Source: Lama guanicoe
Lineage: Eukaryota
Direction of reading: 5' to 3'
Assembly: GCA_013239625.1 (NCBI GenBank)
Contig: MU055864.1
Span: 1,826,307 to 1,890,306, forward strand
DNA length: 64,000 nt
Of the stretch, positions 39,159-51,379 are shown piece after piece; the first letter of the stretch is position 1; the number at the start of each line of letters is the position of its first letter. Both the position numbers and the translations under genes were made by a program. Below the pieces are notes generated by a model that made no database searches, had not been told where the DNA came from, and saw only the letters and a list, made by a program, of their open reading frames with translations.

Positions 39159-42100
39159 ATCACCCTATTTTGTAGAGCATTTTGTATAAAGACTTCTTCC
39201 TGATCTGCTTATACTGAATCTTCTACAAATATATGGATACATAAGGGATGAGATGGCAAAAAAGAATTCGGTCTTGAGGTCTATTGCACAATTAAATATT
39301 AATTGTTTATAACATTTTCTAGAAAGGTTAAATAAGAAAGTCTCATATATTTTTAAGTTAGCTTACTGAGATGAGTTGCCTCTGTAAGAAACATAATTAT
39401 AAGTCCTCATTCAACACTTCAAATTAAAGGTTTTTCTTTTCTGAATAAAAAATTCAAACCATTTTTCTGCTTCAAAGATTTCAAGAAGTCTGGTACCCAA
39501 TTATAGATGGCTTGATATCTTAGAACAGTTTGTATGACAGAGTAGCATATGGTATAATTTCAGAGTGACACATCAAAGGTAATATTCTTTATGTAAATCC
39601 TGAAAATGAAGCAAAAGCACATTTCCTTAATGTACAGGAATAAGGAATGACAATGCCTCCTTATCTGACCATTTTCCAGCTGACACTCTATGTTGGTTCA
39701 TAAAACTTGAAAGGTATTTTGTGCATTCGTGCACAGACAGCAGTTAGTTCTACAAGTATTTTCTGCAGCTTGATTGACTTTTGGGGAAACCTACTCAGTT
39801 GGCTCCGAGAAAGAGTGCAAGAGTTAGCTAGTGCTTGTTGTGTGAAATGATGGGCAGAAAACCCCGCGGAGGCAGCCCAGCAGGAAGGGGAGGGTGGCGG
39901 CATGAGGACGCAGGGACAGGACGATAACGGGATGCCCACACAGCCGACGACCAACTAGCTGGAGCTCTTTTTCACTATTCACAGAGTTCAAAGGCCAGGA
40001 TCTAAAGCAGGATCACCAGGGTGAAACCGAAAAGGCAAATCATTGGAATTGGGACCTAAACAGAAGACTCTCGGGCTACATACCAGATTTTATTCTCCCA
40101 CCATCAATTTCTAGAGTTTATCAGTCTTCGGTGAGTGGTTAAACCAGGATACATCAGAGTTACACGCATTACACTTAATGGTATATGCTCAATTTGCTAA
40201 CCAGCTTATACTCTCAGAGTGAACTAACTCTTCTTTGTTTCCAATGTCCCAGGTCAAAGAACCTCTTTCAGGTGTTGGAGAGTCAAGCTCACCTCAGCCG
40301 CTCTCCCCTGAACTTACCAGACCGCTCCACTCCACGCCAGCGCCCAGACACTGTAAAGTAGTCAAGTTTGTCTCTGAATATTATTATGCCAACCTTATAA
40401 AACCATGCCCCAAATTTACCAAATTAATTTAGTCTTCTGATGGGAGGGTGCAACAGCGGTATTTTTATTCAATGGGAGTCTGACAGGAGCATTAAAATTT
40501 CCAAGTCCCATTACACTGTCACTGCTACACAGCATATCACTTTCTCTAAAGAACTAACTTCAAAATCCCAACACACTTCAGATCACATAGGGCGACCAGC
40601 TTGTTTTTTAATGATTTCTTCCAAATCTCTTAGCAGGATGGTTATAGAACCAGATGGTTATAAACCAGCAATTCTATTCTGCAGTGACTGAGTCAGCGAG
40701 AAATCTAAGTTGTTACAACCTCATTCACGTTGTCTTTTGTACTGAACAATCAATAAACAGAAAAGTCTCCCATTACCCCCACGGTAAATGGACTGCTCAT
40801 AAAGGCGCTGGACTGACATCACTGGGAACTGAAGTATTATGTTTAGCCACAGACCACGTCACTGAGTGGCTGCAGTGACCTTTTTCCCTAATGTCACACC
40901 CTAAATTTGACTTCTTAAATGCAATCAAATTGATTTCTCTCTTCCTACTGGATACATACCAGCTGTTATTCTGAATTATATCAACTATATTTCAACAACT
41001 TAAAGTCATATTTGACTAGGAACGGAACAGTCCTTAAAATCTATTAGTTGTTTCACTGGCTTACGTTTATTAACTTAACTTTAATACAACAAAGTCCTGT
41101 AAGCTGGAGTGCACACCTCAAGCACAGAACTGTCATGAGGGACCCTTCCTTCACTCTCAAGCAGAAGTGGAGCCCTTGCAAAATTAAATAATCCACATGG
41201 CTCCAAGGATTTTTTAATCAGGAAATAGGATTTTTTTTTATCAAATAGAAAAGACTTTTGGTGAAATAACACACACATTTTGTTATAATATTAATGAATA
41301 GCAACTGGACTTCATAGCAGGTTCTATTCACTCAAGTCCAAGAACTGATTCTCAGTCTAGTGTCCAAGGCGTTCACGCAGACGCAAGACCAGTTCATCTC
41401 TAACATTTACAGGTTCTCTTGCCGCAGGTGGGAGCCAACACAGGTTTTACAACTGCACATCTAACAAAAATGCTAATCAAAAAAGCTTAAATACATGCCC
41501 ATCGCCTTTCTATGTGAATTCAAGGATGATTTTTGACTGCATCCTTTTTCGACTTATTTGTGGTAGGAAAGATTACATGAAGCCTGAGAAGTAAAAAACC
41601 ATGGAAAATCCTTTGGGGGGAAAAATGCTTTCTTAAAATAATCAGTGATAAAATATAAGATGCAAATATATCTTACTGACTATATAAACAATTATGGGGA
41701 AAAGAAGCTATTTTAGAAAATAATGTTCCCTTAGAAACAAAGATACAGATCTTGGGAAGTACAATGTGAATAAACTGAAATGTGATTAACTGATGTCCAG
41801 GTGTTTCAGGTACAAAATAATAGGTAAAACTTTAAAAAAATTTAATGATAAATACATTAATATATTGGGATTTGGGTTTTACCTAAATAGTTTTCCTTTT
41901 TAATGTGGGGGAACTCATTCAATTCATGAATATTCCATTACAGATTTTGAAATGGGAAAACTATAAAAATAACTTCACTATATTACAGAATAAATTCAGT
42001 CCTTCAAATAATTATTTAGGAAATTAACCAGATTGTTCAGATTTTAAATATTACTTGCTCTCAATTATTTGGAGCTAACTTTTCAGGTTTTGTATACTGA

Positions 42101-43543
42101 CAAAGACAGACATAGCTGAGCTCTTTCTTCCCTTTTCCTCTTTTCCTTAATGAAGGAAAGTGGAATCTATTACCCAACCTCTGGGTTTCCAATATCTATG
42201 CCATCTGCTCCTTTATTCACTAGGCATTAACTTGAAATTGAACATACTCAAAAAAAAAAAAAGAAAAGGGTTCTCTTTTCAAGGAATAGCAATAGGTTCC
42301 CTAAAACAACAGGGAAAATTGAAACATACAAACAATAGTGAAATTTATCTTGTTTTGGAAAACCAAATTTCCCGCTGTCATTAGTTTTAATATGTGACAT
42401 TATTTAAGAGCTCAGAGAAAAGTGAAGTGGTGAAGTTGTAAGACAGTGAACAAGAAGGCACGGATAGTTTTGGGTATTAATATGTGATACCAGCAAGGTT
42501 GGGACAAGTTCTGCTACCAAATGGGGATTTATATTACCCGTTAACAGACTTCTATGCAACCGCCAAGAAGTCATTTTTAAATGATGAAATGAGGTCAAAT
42601 GACAAGTGAAGAAGAGAATGTAAAAGGAATACAGGCATTCAAGGAAAAAGGGACACTTTGATACATTCTAACTCAGTTTAGCAGAATTAAGTAAGATAAG
42701 TGTAGGTGAGGAATTGTGAGCAATTTATTTAGGCAAAGTGACATCAGTTTTAGAAAAATATAAGCTGGTATTAATCATACCTATAAACTAACTCTAAATA
42801 CAGAGGCTTTACTTCCTTTTAAAGATGACTCAACAAAGCTTCTCCTAAACACTTAACTATTATTTTAAATTCAAACCCGTTGTGCTTTTTGCTTCTATCC
42901 ATTACAAAATGAATACATCATTCCATTGAGCAAAATCTTTAAAAAGCTCTAATAAGCCAACTAACATATTACACAGCACGGGGATTCCAAAATGAAAACC
43001 ATTGCGAGTTCCAACTATCAGCTGCCTTGTATCTCAGTAATGTCAGAGCGCTTTATGAACCGGGAGGCTAACATTCAATCTGAAACGTGTTTAACTTGTA
43101 GCACTGAGAGTCCATGAAAGCAACCAACTGCTCCTAGGTCTGTTCTGAGCTGTCTGGGGACTGCGGCTGTGCAGTGCCACACTTCTGCGCGGCAGCATTA
43201 TTACCGCCTTACCAACTGCCTACAGCTGCTCTCAGCAAGAACCAGAATACAAGTCACACGCTTGCCCTAACAACATCTCCCAGGCATTGTTTACTTAATT
43301 CTCCGAGTCTGCATGGAAACCTCGAGTCCTCAGACCACCTGGAAGCAAAATCCAAACACAGACAGATAACATGCACTCAAACATCTATAAGAAACGGACA
43401 CGCTGAATTTCTTTAAAGTTTTCTCCAGCACATTCTCATCACAATAAGCCATCCTATTCAGTGCTGTATCTTAATCCTCATGGGCTATTGTCTCAGAAGC
43501 AGCTCAAGGTCTTCGAACTGGAGACAGGGCTATAATGGCTTAC

Positions 43544-43658
43544 CTGACTCACAGGCAAATGTCTTTGACGTTTCATCATGAAAGATAATTGCCACTGCAT
43601 GCTTCTTTGTCTCCCGAGGCAGTCTGGTTATGTTTTTGATGTTGTGCAGTTCAGTTAC
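43544..43658 (-). CDS. DOK6: DOK6 (docking protein 6) internal coding exon, exon 3, encoding the C-terminal half of the PH domain
   Basis: The minus strand reads ttcttctttcaag|GTAACTGAACTGCAC...GCCTGTGAGTCAG|gtaagc: 115 nt, phase 0 to phase 1. It translates to [38 protein letters not shown], which matches DOK6 as I recall it and differs from DOK5 ([26 protein letters not shown]) and DOK4. Polypyrimidine tract, AG and GTAAG donor are intact. Confidence 0.95.
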
Positions 43659-44524
43659 CTTGAAAGAAGAATATTCTTAACTTAGTGTGCAATACATGCT
43701 ATATGCCAGGTGTTTAAGCAAAACGATCAGTTATTACTGCTTTAAGCCACTTTCCAATGGCTATTTACTGGTTTCTAGTGAACTGTAGCCAAAAGCCATA
43801 CAGAACAAAATGTCTTGTTATGCCCTCAGTTTTGGCTATCGGTTGCTGAATTTTGAAACAGTCAAAATATTATGTAGACAAATAACTCTGCGTAAGAAAG
43901 GACTCGTGTTTTTATTAACAGTACATCTGCAAACAACAGCAGGTGTGGCACATGGAAGATTCTCGATAAATTTTTGTTAAATGTTGACTGCATTTAACAC
44001 CTCCTCTCTCTCTTAACTCCTACCCATCATGCAAATTCCTGTTGTGAATACAGTCATGATGTAACTGACTCTTGTCAATCAGCAGACAAATGACTTTCAA
44101 ATTCTGGAGTTTTTACATACAAGCAATGGACCTGCTTCCTAGAAAAATGCAGAGTGTTCACAGACCTGTATACTCCCGGCTCCCTCACCCTGTCCTTTCG
44201 CCAAGGCTCTTTTGTGATTTATGGACCCAGGGTAACAACTCTTTACTCAGGTGGCAATGAATAAATTTTAATAAACGTGTATTTTAGCTGACGACTCTGT
44301 GGGTACACATTCCTCTGTTACAACTGGTGCATATTTTATTTTTCTCCACAGTCCACAGAAAAATGAGCAATGGTTTACTTCCTCAACTACTCCGCAAACA
44401 CAACCTTGCAATAATAATGCTCTATGAGCTAATTTTAAAATTCACTTGTCAACCTGCTACGTGTCATTATTTCTTTTAATACAAAAGATATGACAGGTTC
44501 ATTTTCATTTAGTTCAAATACTTA

Positions 44525-45460
44525 AAAAATTCTCTCGAGGTTTCTCCTTTGATCTACGCACCCTTGAGAAGTTGTGTTGTTTCATCTTCACATATTTCAG
44601 GGTTTTCTAGCTATCTGACTGTTACTGATTTCTAGTTTAATTCCACTATGATCCGAGAGCAGATACTGTATGATTTCCATCCTTTTAATCTGTTGTGTTC
44701 AGTGGCCCAGCATGTGGTGTACCTCGTTGAATGTGCCACATGAGAAGCATGTGTGTTCGCTGCTGTCTGATGACCTGTCTGTAGATGCCCGCTACAGCCA
44801 GTTCGTTAACAGTGCTGACTTCAACCACGTCCTTCCTGATCTTCTGCCTGTGGGATCTGTCCATTTCTGAGGGCGGTGCAGAAGACTCTTAACTACGATA
44901 GTTGATGTATCTATTTCTCCTTGCAATTCTATCAGTTTCTGCCTCAAGTTGTTCTGCTGCTCTGCTGTTAGGTGCACCCACATTAAGGACTATGTCTTCC
45001 TGTAGGACCGACCAATTTATCGGTATGTAACGCCCGGTAACGTCCCTTGCTTTGAAGTCTGCTTTGTCGGAGATTAGTATAGCTGCTCTGCTTTCTTTTA
45101 GTGTCATTTCATCAGTGTATTTTGTTATTTCGTTATTTAACAGTATAGTTTTCTATATCCACTTACTTTTAATCTACAGCTGTCTCTATGTTTAAGATGG
45201 GTTTCTTTTTGACAGCGTATAGTTGTGTCTTGTTTGATTCACTCTGACAATTCTTGTCTTTTAACTGGTGCATTTAAACCAATGATGTTCAAAGTTGAGT
45301 ATTCATACAGTTGGACTTACATCTAGCATATTTGTTACTATTTCTTGCCCTTGGTTTTGTTCCTATTTTGTCTTCCACTCTTTTTCTGTCTTTTGTGATT
45401 CTGTGTTTTATGATTCCATTTTTCTTCTTTCTAGTGTATCAACTATACTTCTTTTTAATT
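44525..45460 (-). mobile_element. L1 (L1MC/L1M4-type) ORF2 endonuclease-region fragment
   Basis: Minus ORFs give AAILISDKADFKAR..., LNVGAPNSRA and QKLIELQGEIDTSTIVV, which are L1 EN motifs. Confidence 0.9.
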
Positions 45461-46174
45461 TTTTAATCAACTTTTTTATCAACTTTAATAATCAACTTTT
45501 ATTAAGATTATGAAATCCTAGAGCATTTCAATAATACATATCAATTACTGCATCATTTAACAATTCAGTATATATTTCTGAAATACTGATTTTTCATATG
45601 GCTATAAAGGCACAAAATACTAAAGTTTAATAATAAAGCACTAAAATAATTAAACATGAAATTAGCAGAGTTTAATTAAAGGAAAAATTAGTTGAAAATA
45701 ATTCAGGTCTAAGTGAGGAAGTCCCATGATCATTCAAAATACTGAGGTCTAGTAAGTGATAGAAATGAAGCCTAAATATAGGCACACTTAAATGATGACT
45801 TGCTCACTGGCACTATTTAACTTTTATTTCAAGGAGTAATTCCCGAGGAATTCATGGTGAGAGAATCAGAGAGACCAAAGATGAAACACATTTACTTTTT
45901 TCTGTAGGATTTCATAAGGTAGTTGGGTGATAAGATTGCAAAGAGCAGTATTAAACCCAATAAGAGAATTAAAAACAGAGCCAAACAGCACAGAGGAAGA
46001 AGGTCTGTACTTCTGCAACCAACCTGTGGACTGGCCACCTGCACCAGGCCAGGTGACATGGCAACTGGATTTCTAAAGCATATGTTGAAAAAATATATAG
46101 ACAGCTTCCAAACCTTTCTCTCCTGTCCTGCTTTGTTCATGCAGGTTGTATCTATTAATGATCACCATAAGAAG

Positions 46175-47226
46175 TATTAGTACTTATAAATTATTCAATA
46201 TTCATTTATTAATGTGTTTAAGATAATAATAAACTCATTTTGTAACACAAATAAAATTTTAATATAAAAATTCCTTAAATAAAGAGTGGCAATGCTTTTA
46301 CATTTCTGCAAAACTCTTTAACGTCTGGCTTAATAGAAGACAGCTTAATATTCATTTCTGCTTTGGAATTCTATCTATTGTGATATATGGTTTTGATTAA
46401 GTATATCCATAAAGTAAGGTCTCATACAGGTATGAGGTTGTACAAGGGGAGAATAACTTAAGAGTATTTTCAGACAACTGCAGACATTTTTTGATTCTAT
46501 TTCCAAACAGACAATCTTTTAAAGGTCATTACCATGGGGAGTCTGGCATCACGTCATACACTTTTTACACTCCGTTGCATTAAAATTCGTATGTCTCCTT
46601 TCAACTTTGACTGATTATGGGTGAAACACTGGTTTACTGAGTTATGAAGATCTTACAAATACTGACATATTTCATTACCAATATAAAAAATATTCATTAA
46701 CATCACCCTTGACGTCCAGTAAAAAAAAAATCTGTTTTGAGAAGCTAACAAGCTCAAGAATGCAGACACAAGATTCCCAAATTTTAATTTTCACTTGAAA
46801 ACTTAAATTTCAGCATTACTAATATATATTGTCAATTGTTTTTCTTGAAAACTGGCTCATTTAATTCATTTTTGAGAAAATGAGAAATGTTCAAGTCTGA
46901 ATGCCCATAGTTTGTCAATCAGATTTTCATTAAAATAAGTGCCCTTTGAAAAAATTAGCCATTTTGCTTGTAACATTAACAATCACACAAGTGCTTCTCC
47001 TAGAGATAATCACCGTTTGTCAGTATATAGCTGATGTGTTTTATGAGTTCTTATTTTTTTTTTTACATACAGTATTAAAAAGATATACTTAAGGGTCTCG
47101 ATTTTTTTATATTAATAATTTTCTTGCTTCATCAAGGTTGTTTCTAAGTAAAATGAAAATAAAATGGGCATATGTTTTGCAGGTTTATTTGCTTACTTGG
47201 GTGGGTTGATGGTAAAGAATACAATG
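46175..47226 (-). mobile_element. Charlie1 hAT DNA transposon, decayed transposase portion
   Basis: The minus strand near 46990-47045 reads HKTHQLYTDKR*LSLGEA (compare hAT-Charlie HKALLLHTEVRWLSRGKA). gtctggcttaatagaagacagc and cactggtttactgagttatg are Charlie1 hallmarks as recalled. Confidence 0.88.
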
Positions 47227-47227
47227 C

Positions 47228-47590
47228 TTTAGTCCCATTCATTTTTGCTGTTTTGCTTATGCTTTTGGTGTCATATCTAAAAAAATCACTGCCCAGACCA
47301 ACGTCAAGTAGCTTTCTCCCCCATGTTTGCTTCTAGGAGTTTTATTATATCAGATCTTCCATCTATGTCTTTAATCCATTTTGAGTTGATTTTTGTGTAT
47401 GGCCTAAGAGAACAGTCTAATTTCATTCTTTTGCATCGCAGTACACAGTTTTCCCAGCAAGATTTATTGAAGAGACTATCCCTTTCCCACTGTGTGTTTC
47501 TGGCCCTTTTGTTGGAAATTAGTTGATGATATACACTTGGGTTTATTTCTGAGCGCTCTATTCTGTTCCTTTGGTATACCTGTCTGTTTC
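47228..47590 (-). mobile_element. L1 ORF2 fragment
   Basis: tttaatccattttgagttgatttttgtgtatgg...cagttttcccagcaagatttattgaagagact is classic antisense L1. Confidence 0.92.
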
Positions 47591-48251
47591 TTTCTTGTTA
47601 ATCTTAGTAGTAATTCTTATCAATCCTGACATTTTACTAATCTCTTATGGTGGTTTTAATTAAGTCAGAATTTGGATTTTTGAGAACTGAACAGTACATT
47701 TTAGAAGCTAGTATAATAAAACTCACTTTATTAGGATAAAGAATATTGATTTTTCAGTAAGAGAAAAGGTGGAAATTTTACTGAATTTTTAAATTACTAC
47801 ATCTCAATCTCTTTTGAAAGCTTGAACCCTAAGCTTTCATAACAGTAATTTAAATATTGGTTCTACCCTACACATTGTATGTTTCAGTATTTTGGTCATA
47901 ACATTTGCATAGAAATTTTATAATTGCTTTCTTCCAATAAAATTTATACCAATTTTCTAACAGCTGCTTCCTTATATTTGTCTCCTGTCACTGAAAAATA
48001 TGAATGTGTACCACTGAAAAAAAAATCAATATAATTCATTCTTCAAGCTCCTTGTGACAGATATTATGTGCTCTGATATCGACCTCCCACGTTTACTATT
48101 TGACAATCCCAATACGTTCATAATCAGTAATTACAAGTTTAGTCTTTTAACTCTTTGAAAGACTTAAGGTCTCTCGAATATTAAACTGCATTATGAAATG
48201 CATCATCTGGAAAAAGTAATGTGGATAAAATTACATCAAGTTAGAATTAAC

Positions 48252-48843
48252 TGTAATAGTCACTGCTGGCTGGCTACTCAGCATCCAGTTCCGGCTCCTT
48301 CATTTTTAACAGAATATGATTTGGTTCAGTTGTTCACCCCTACACCATGCAGCCCCAGTGCCCTGGCAGGCCTCTCTCACCCCTAGTGGCATCGTAGAAC
48401 TTGTTATTCCCAGGGTAAGAGTCTCCTTGCTCGGGATTAGCTTAAGAAAGAGAAGATGACCCAAAATACAACCAGTGAGCTGTGAACAGAAGTCTTCTGG
48501 TGGCCTCTGATCAGTGTTTTCTGATCTGACTGTAGCCTCCAGATAGAACTAGCCCCCTTACTCAGGGAATGGTGTCCAGTGTGGACATCATAATTCGGAG
48601 ATGCTACAGCTATCATTCTACTGGACCGAAGATGACAGCAACCCTGAGGATGGCAGAGCTAGGAAAGGGAAATAAAGAACCCAGGTCCTTCACTTTCATT
48701 CTGGAGCAAGAGTTACTAAATCAGCCAACCCTGAAGCCACTGTCTTTTTCCGGACATGCTGTAATAGGTGATAATGCTCTTCTTTAGGTTGTTTGAGTTA
48801 GGGTTTGTTACTTTCAGCCAAAAACATCCTAGCCGATGAAACA
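48252..48843 (+). mobile_element. MLT1J/K-type MaLR solo LTR
   Basis: TG start; ctgaggatggcagagc...aagaacccaggtcctt...gagttagggtttgttactttcagccaaaaacatcct...aca end. Confidence 0.75.
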
Positions 48844-49463
48844 GACATGGAGCTGAGCTCTCCTCACTTAACAGTGGGGACCGGCCGTCCCTCTCCAGGT
48901 GGCTGTCATGCAGCTGAAGCCAAGACCAGAGTCAGGGCCTTGCCTGCTGCTTCTCACACCAGTGCTCTTTTACACCGATTTATGTGACAGCTATTGCTCT
49001 GGAATCCACACTCTTTATTAATGGCCAATAATGGCTGATCTAGAAATCATTACAGGAAGGAGAATTCAACTATGAAAGAGACTCAAGTTTTAGCAATGAG
49101 AAAGGATTCCCAGAAAAACTCACGAACTCATTACTCCTAAATTATTTTCAGGTTGTCTATTACAAAAAACTAAAAAGATACTCTCTATTCAGGTCGAGAA
49201 ATGCAGAACATTAGCACAAAGGGAAAAATGCACAAAACAGGAAATCTAGGTACCTCCTTCCCTCCCTCTCGCAATGCGTGTAAATTTAGCACGTCTAATA
49301 ATGTTTCACTGACTCTAAGAACGAAAAGGCACGAAACAGCTCAGTCAGCGCTAGCGTCTTTCTCCCTCTGAGAGTCACAGCTTTGCCACACAGATACTAA
49401 CAGAGACCCCACAGCTTCCAGGACTTCACTTAGTAGATGCACAACATTAAATCTTTTAATTAC

Positions 49464-49899
49464 AGTAATGGGTTGAACAGTGGCCCCCTCAAAAGATATG
49501 TTCAAATCCTAAACTCCAAAATCTTTGGATGTGACCTTATTTGGGAAAGGGTCTTTGTAGGTATAATTAAGTGAAGGACCTTAAGAGGGGGTTATCCTGG
49601 ATTTAGTGTGGGCCTCACATCCAGAGACAATGTCCTTCAAAGAGAAGACCAGAGGGGGCTCTGAGACAGGTCACACTGGGAACAGCCATGCGAGTGTGAG
49701 GGCAGTGATGAAAGCAAAGGAGTTCCTGGAGGCTGGAAAAGGCAAGCAGGGACCTTCCTCGAGCCTCTGCAGGGAGTGTAGGCCTGCTGGCACTTTGATT
49801 TCTGACTTCTGGCCCCCCAGAACTATGAAGAGAATAAATTACCCCAATTTTAAGCCAAATCTGTGGTAGCTGTTAGGCCAGCCGCAGGAAACTCACATG
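49464..49899 (+). mobile_element. MLT1C-type MaLR solo LTR with 5-bp TSD (ATTAC)
   Basis: gggttgaacagtggccccctcaaaagatatgtt...gtgaccttatttgg...ttctggcccccagaactatgaagagaataaat; attac at 49459-49463 and 49900-49904. Confidence 0.9.
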
Positions 49900-51379
49900 A
49901 TTACATACTGTTATCTAAAGATATGTAATCTGTCTTAAAGTCAGTCGTGTAGAATGAAGTTAAAATGACAGAAAGAAAAACATGAAAAAGTTGTATAGAG
50001 CCCCATGCCTCTAGTAAGATACTAGTTTCTCAAAAAGCGAAGAATGTATCTGTATTTATTTTGAGTCACCTAAAGGTATTAAATACGTTTCCTCCTTCTG
50101 TACTTCTGATCAACCAGAACTCGACCGAGTCCTGTAACGTGGCTCCCCAGAGGCAGGAAGATGGCTCATGGAAGCCCAGAGGGAGGGGGCGGTCCACTGG
50201 GCAAGTGCTCCCACCGGTGAGCCCTGTCAGGGTTGGGGTTCCAGGGCACACATAGTGATAGTAATAGAAAACTAATTTATTGACATTTGATGGGGGCCAC
50301 CAGCAAGGCTGACGTGATGCGGAGCTGGAAAGTGACTCTGAGTCACGGCACCAGGGCCCCAGCATGGAGGGAATCCATGCCCAGAAGAGGCACTGACAGG
50401 GCCCAGATGAGAAGCTCGCAATGCTCCAGAGGCGGTGGCCCTGTCCTATCCCTTGCCTTGTTCATAGGCTCCATGTAGCCAATAGCAAGTGGTCTCTACT
50501 GGTTTGGGCATATTAACAGGGAACAGAAAAGTATCACTATGGGGGCCTGCCACCAGCTTGAAGCAGCAGGTCAGGAGAGCTGGAGAAGACGTTGGTGACA
50601 GCCACTCTCCTCCCTACAGGAACACGTGAGGGGACTCCTGTCCAACTTCTGCACACAGACTGAACATCTCTTTGCAAAAACTTCTTCTGTAATCAGAGAC
50701 TTGCTGGTAATTTTCACCAGAATTAGAAAGCTCTCGGTTAATATTTAAGCATGTCATTACTAACTCTGCTTTTTGTAACTGTGCTCCTTGCTGGCATTTC
50801 TGGAATCAAAACACAGGAATAGGTACCTGTTGAACAAAGAAGTTCGATGTTAACTGTACACACCTGACAGCTGGGGATAGTTACCACAGATTGACGAGGA
50901 CTGCTGACCTAACATATGTAAGATGGAAACCAGTATGGAAAGAAGATCAAGGTCTAGTAGCATGAATGACAAACTGACAACAGCTGTAAAAATGCTGTTG
51001 CGCCTGTTCAAAAGGCACTATGATTAGGTATAAACTCTGCCAACGCTCATCAGCCATTGAAAGTATCACAATCTGAGTTTCAACTGGAAACAAGAATAGA
51101 AAAATCTGAGAGAAACCACTTGCATGTTAAGACGTTCTCTGAATGGTACCCAAGTTCAAATCATGGCCACAGAGACAAAGTACAAACTAGGTTCTCAGGC
51201 AAGATTACATGGATGCTGAAAGTAGCACACCAAAAAATATCACCAAAAAATCAAAAATTTTTATGAAAAAATTAAACACTTAATATATCAAATATAGAAA
51301 AGAATTATCTTTATTTAAAAGTTTATATGCCAAAACTTATTTTATTTCATGCACAAGTTCCAGGCACAGTCCATTTATT

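Larger units (their letters stand above)
1..43543 (-). other. DOK6: Inferred DOK6 intron 3, 5' part; the next exon lies outside the window
   Basis: Begins with the gtaagc donor after the exon. I saw no sequence encoding the following peptide (ELEAEEWCKHLCMECLG...) in 1-43543. Confidence 0.75.

Noticed and set aside
45907-45924. gatttcataag|gtagtt, resembling the expected end of DOK6 exon 2 (FHK)
   Set aside because: It is on the wrong strand, and the upstream sequence does not encode the exon 2 peptide.
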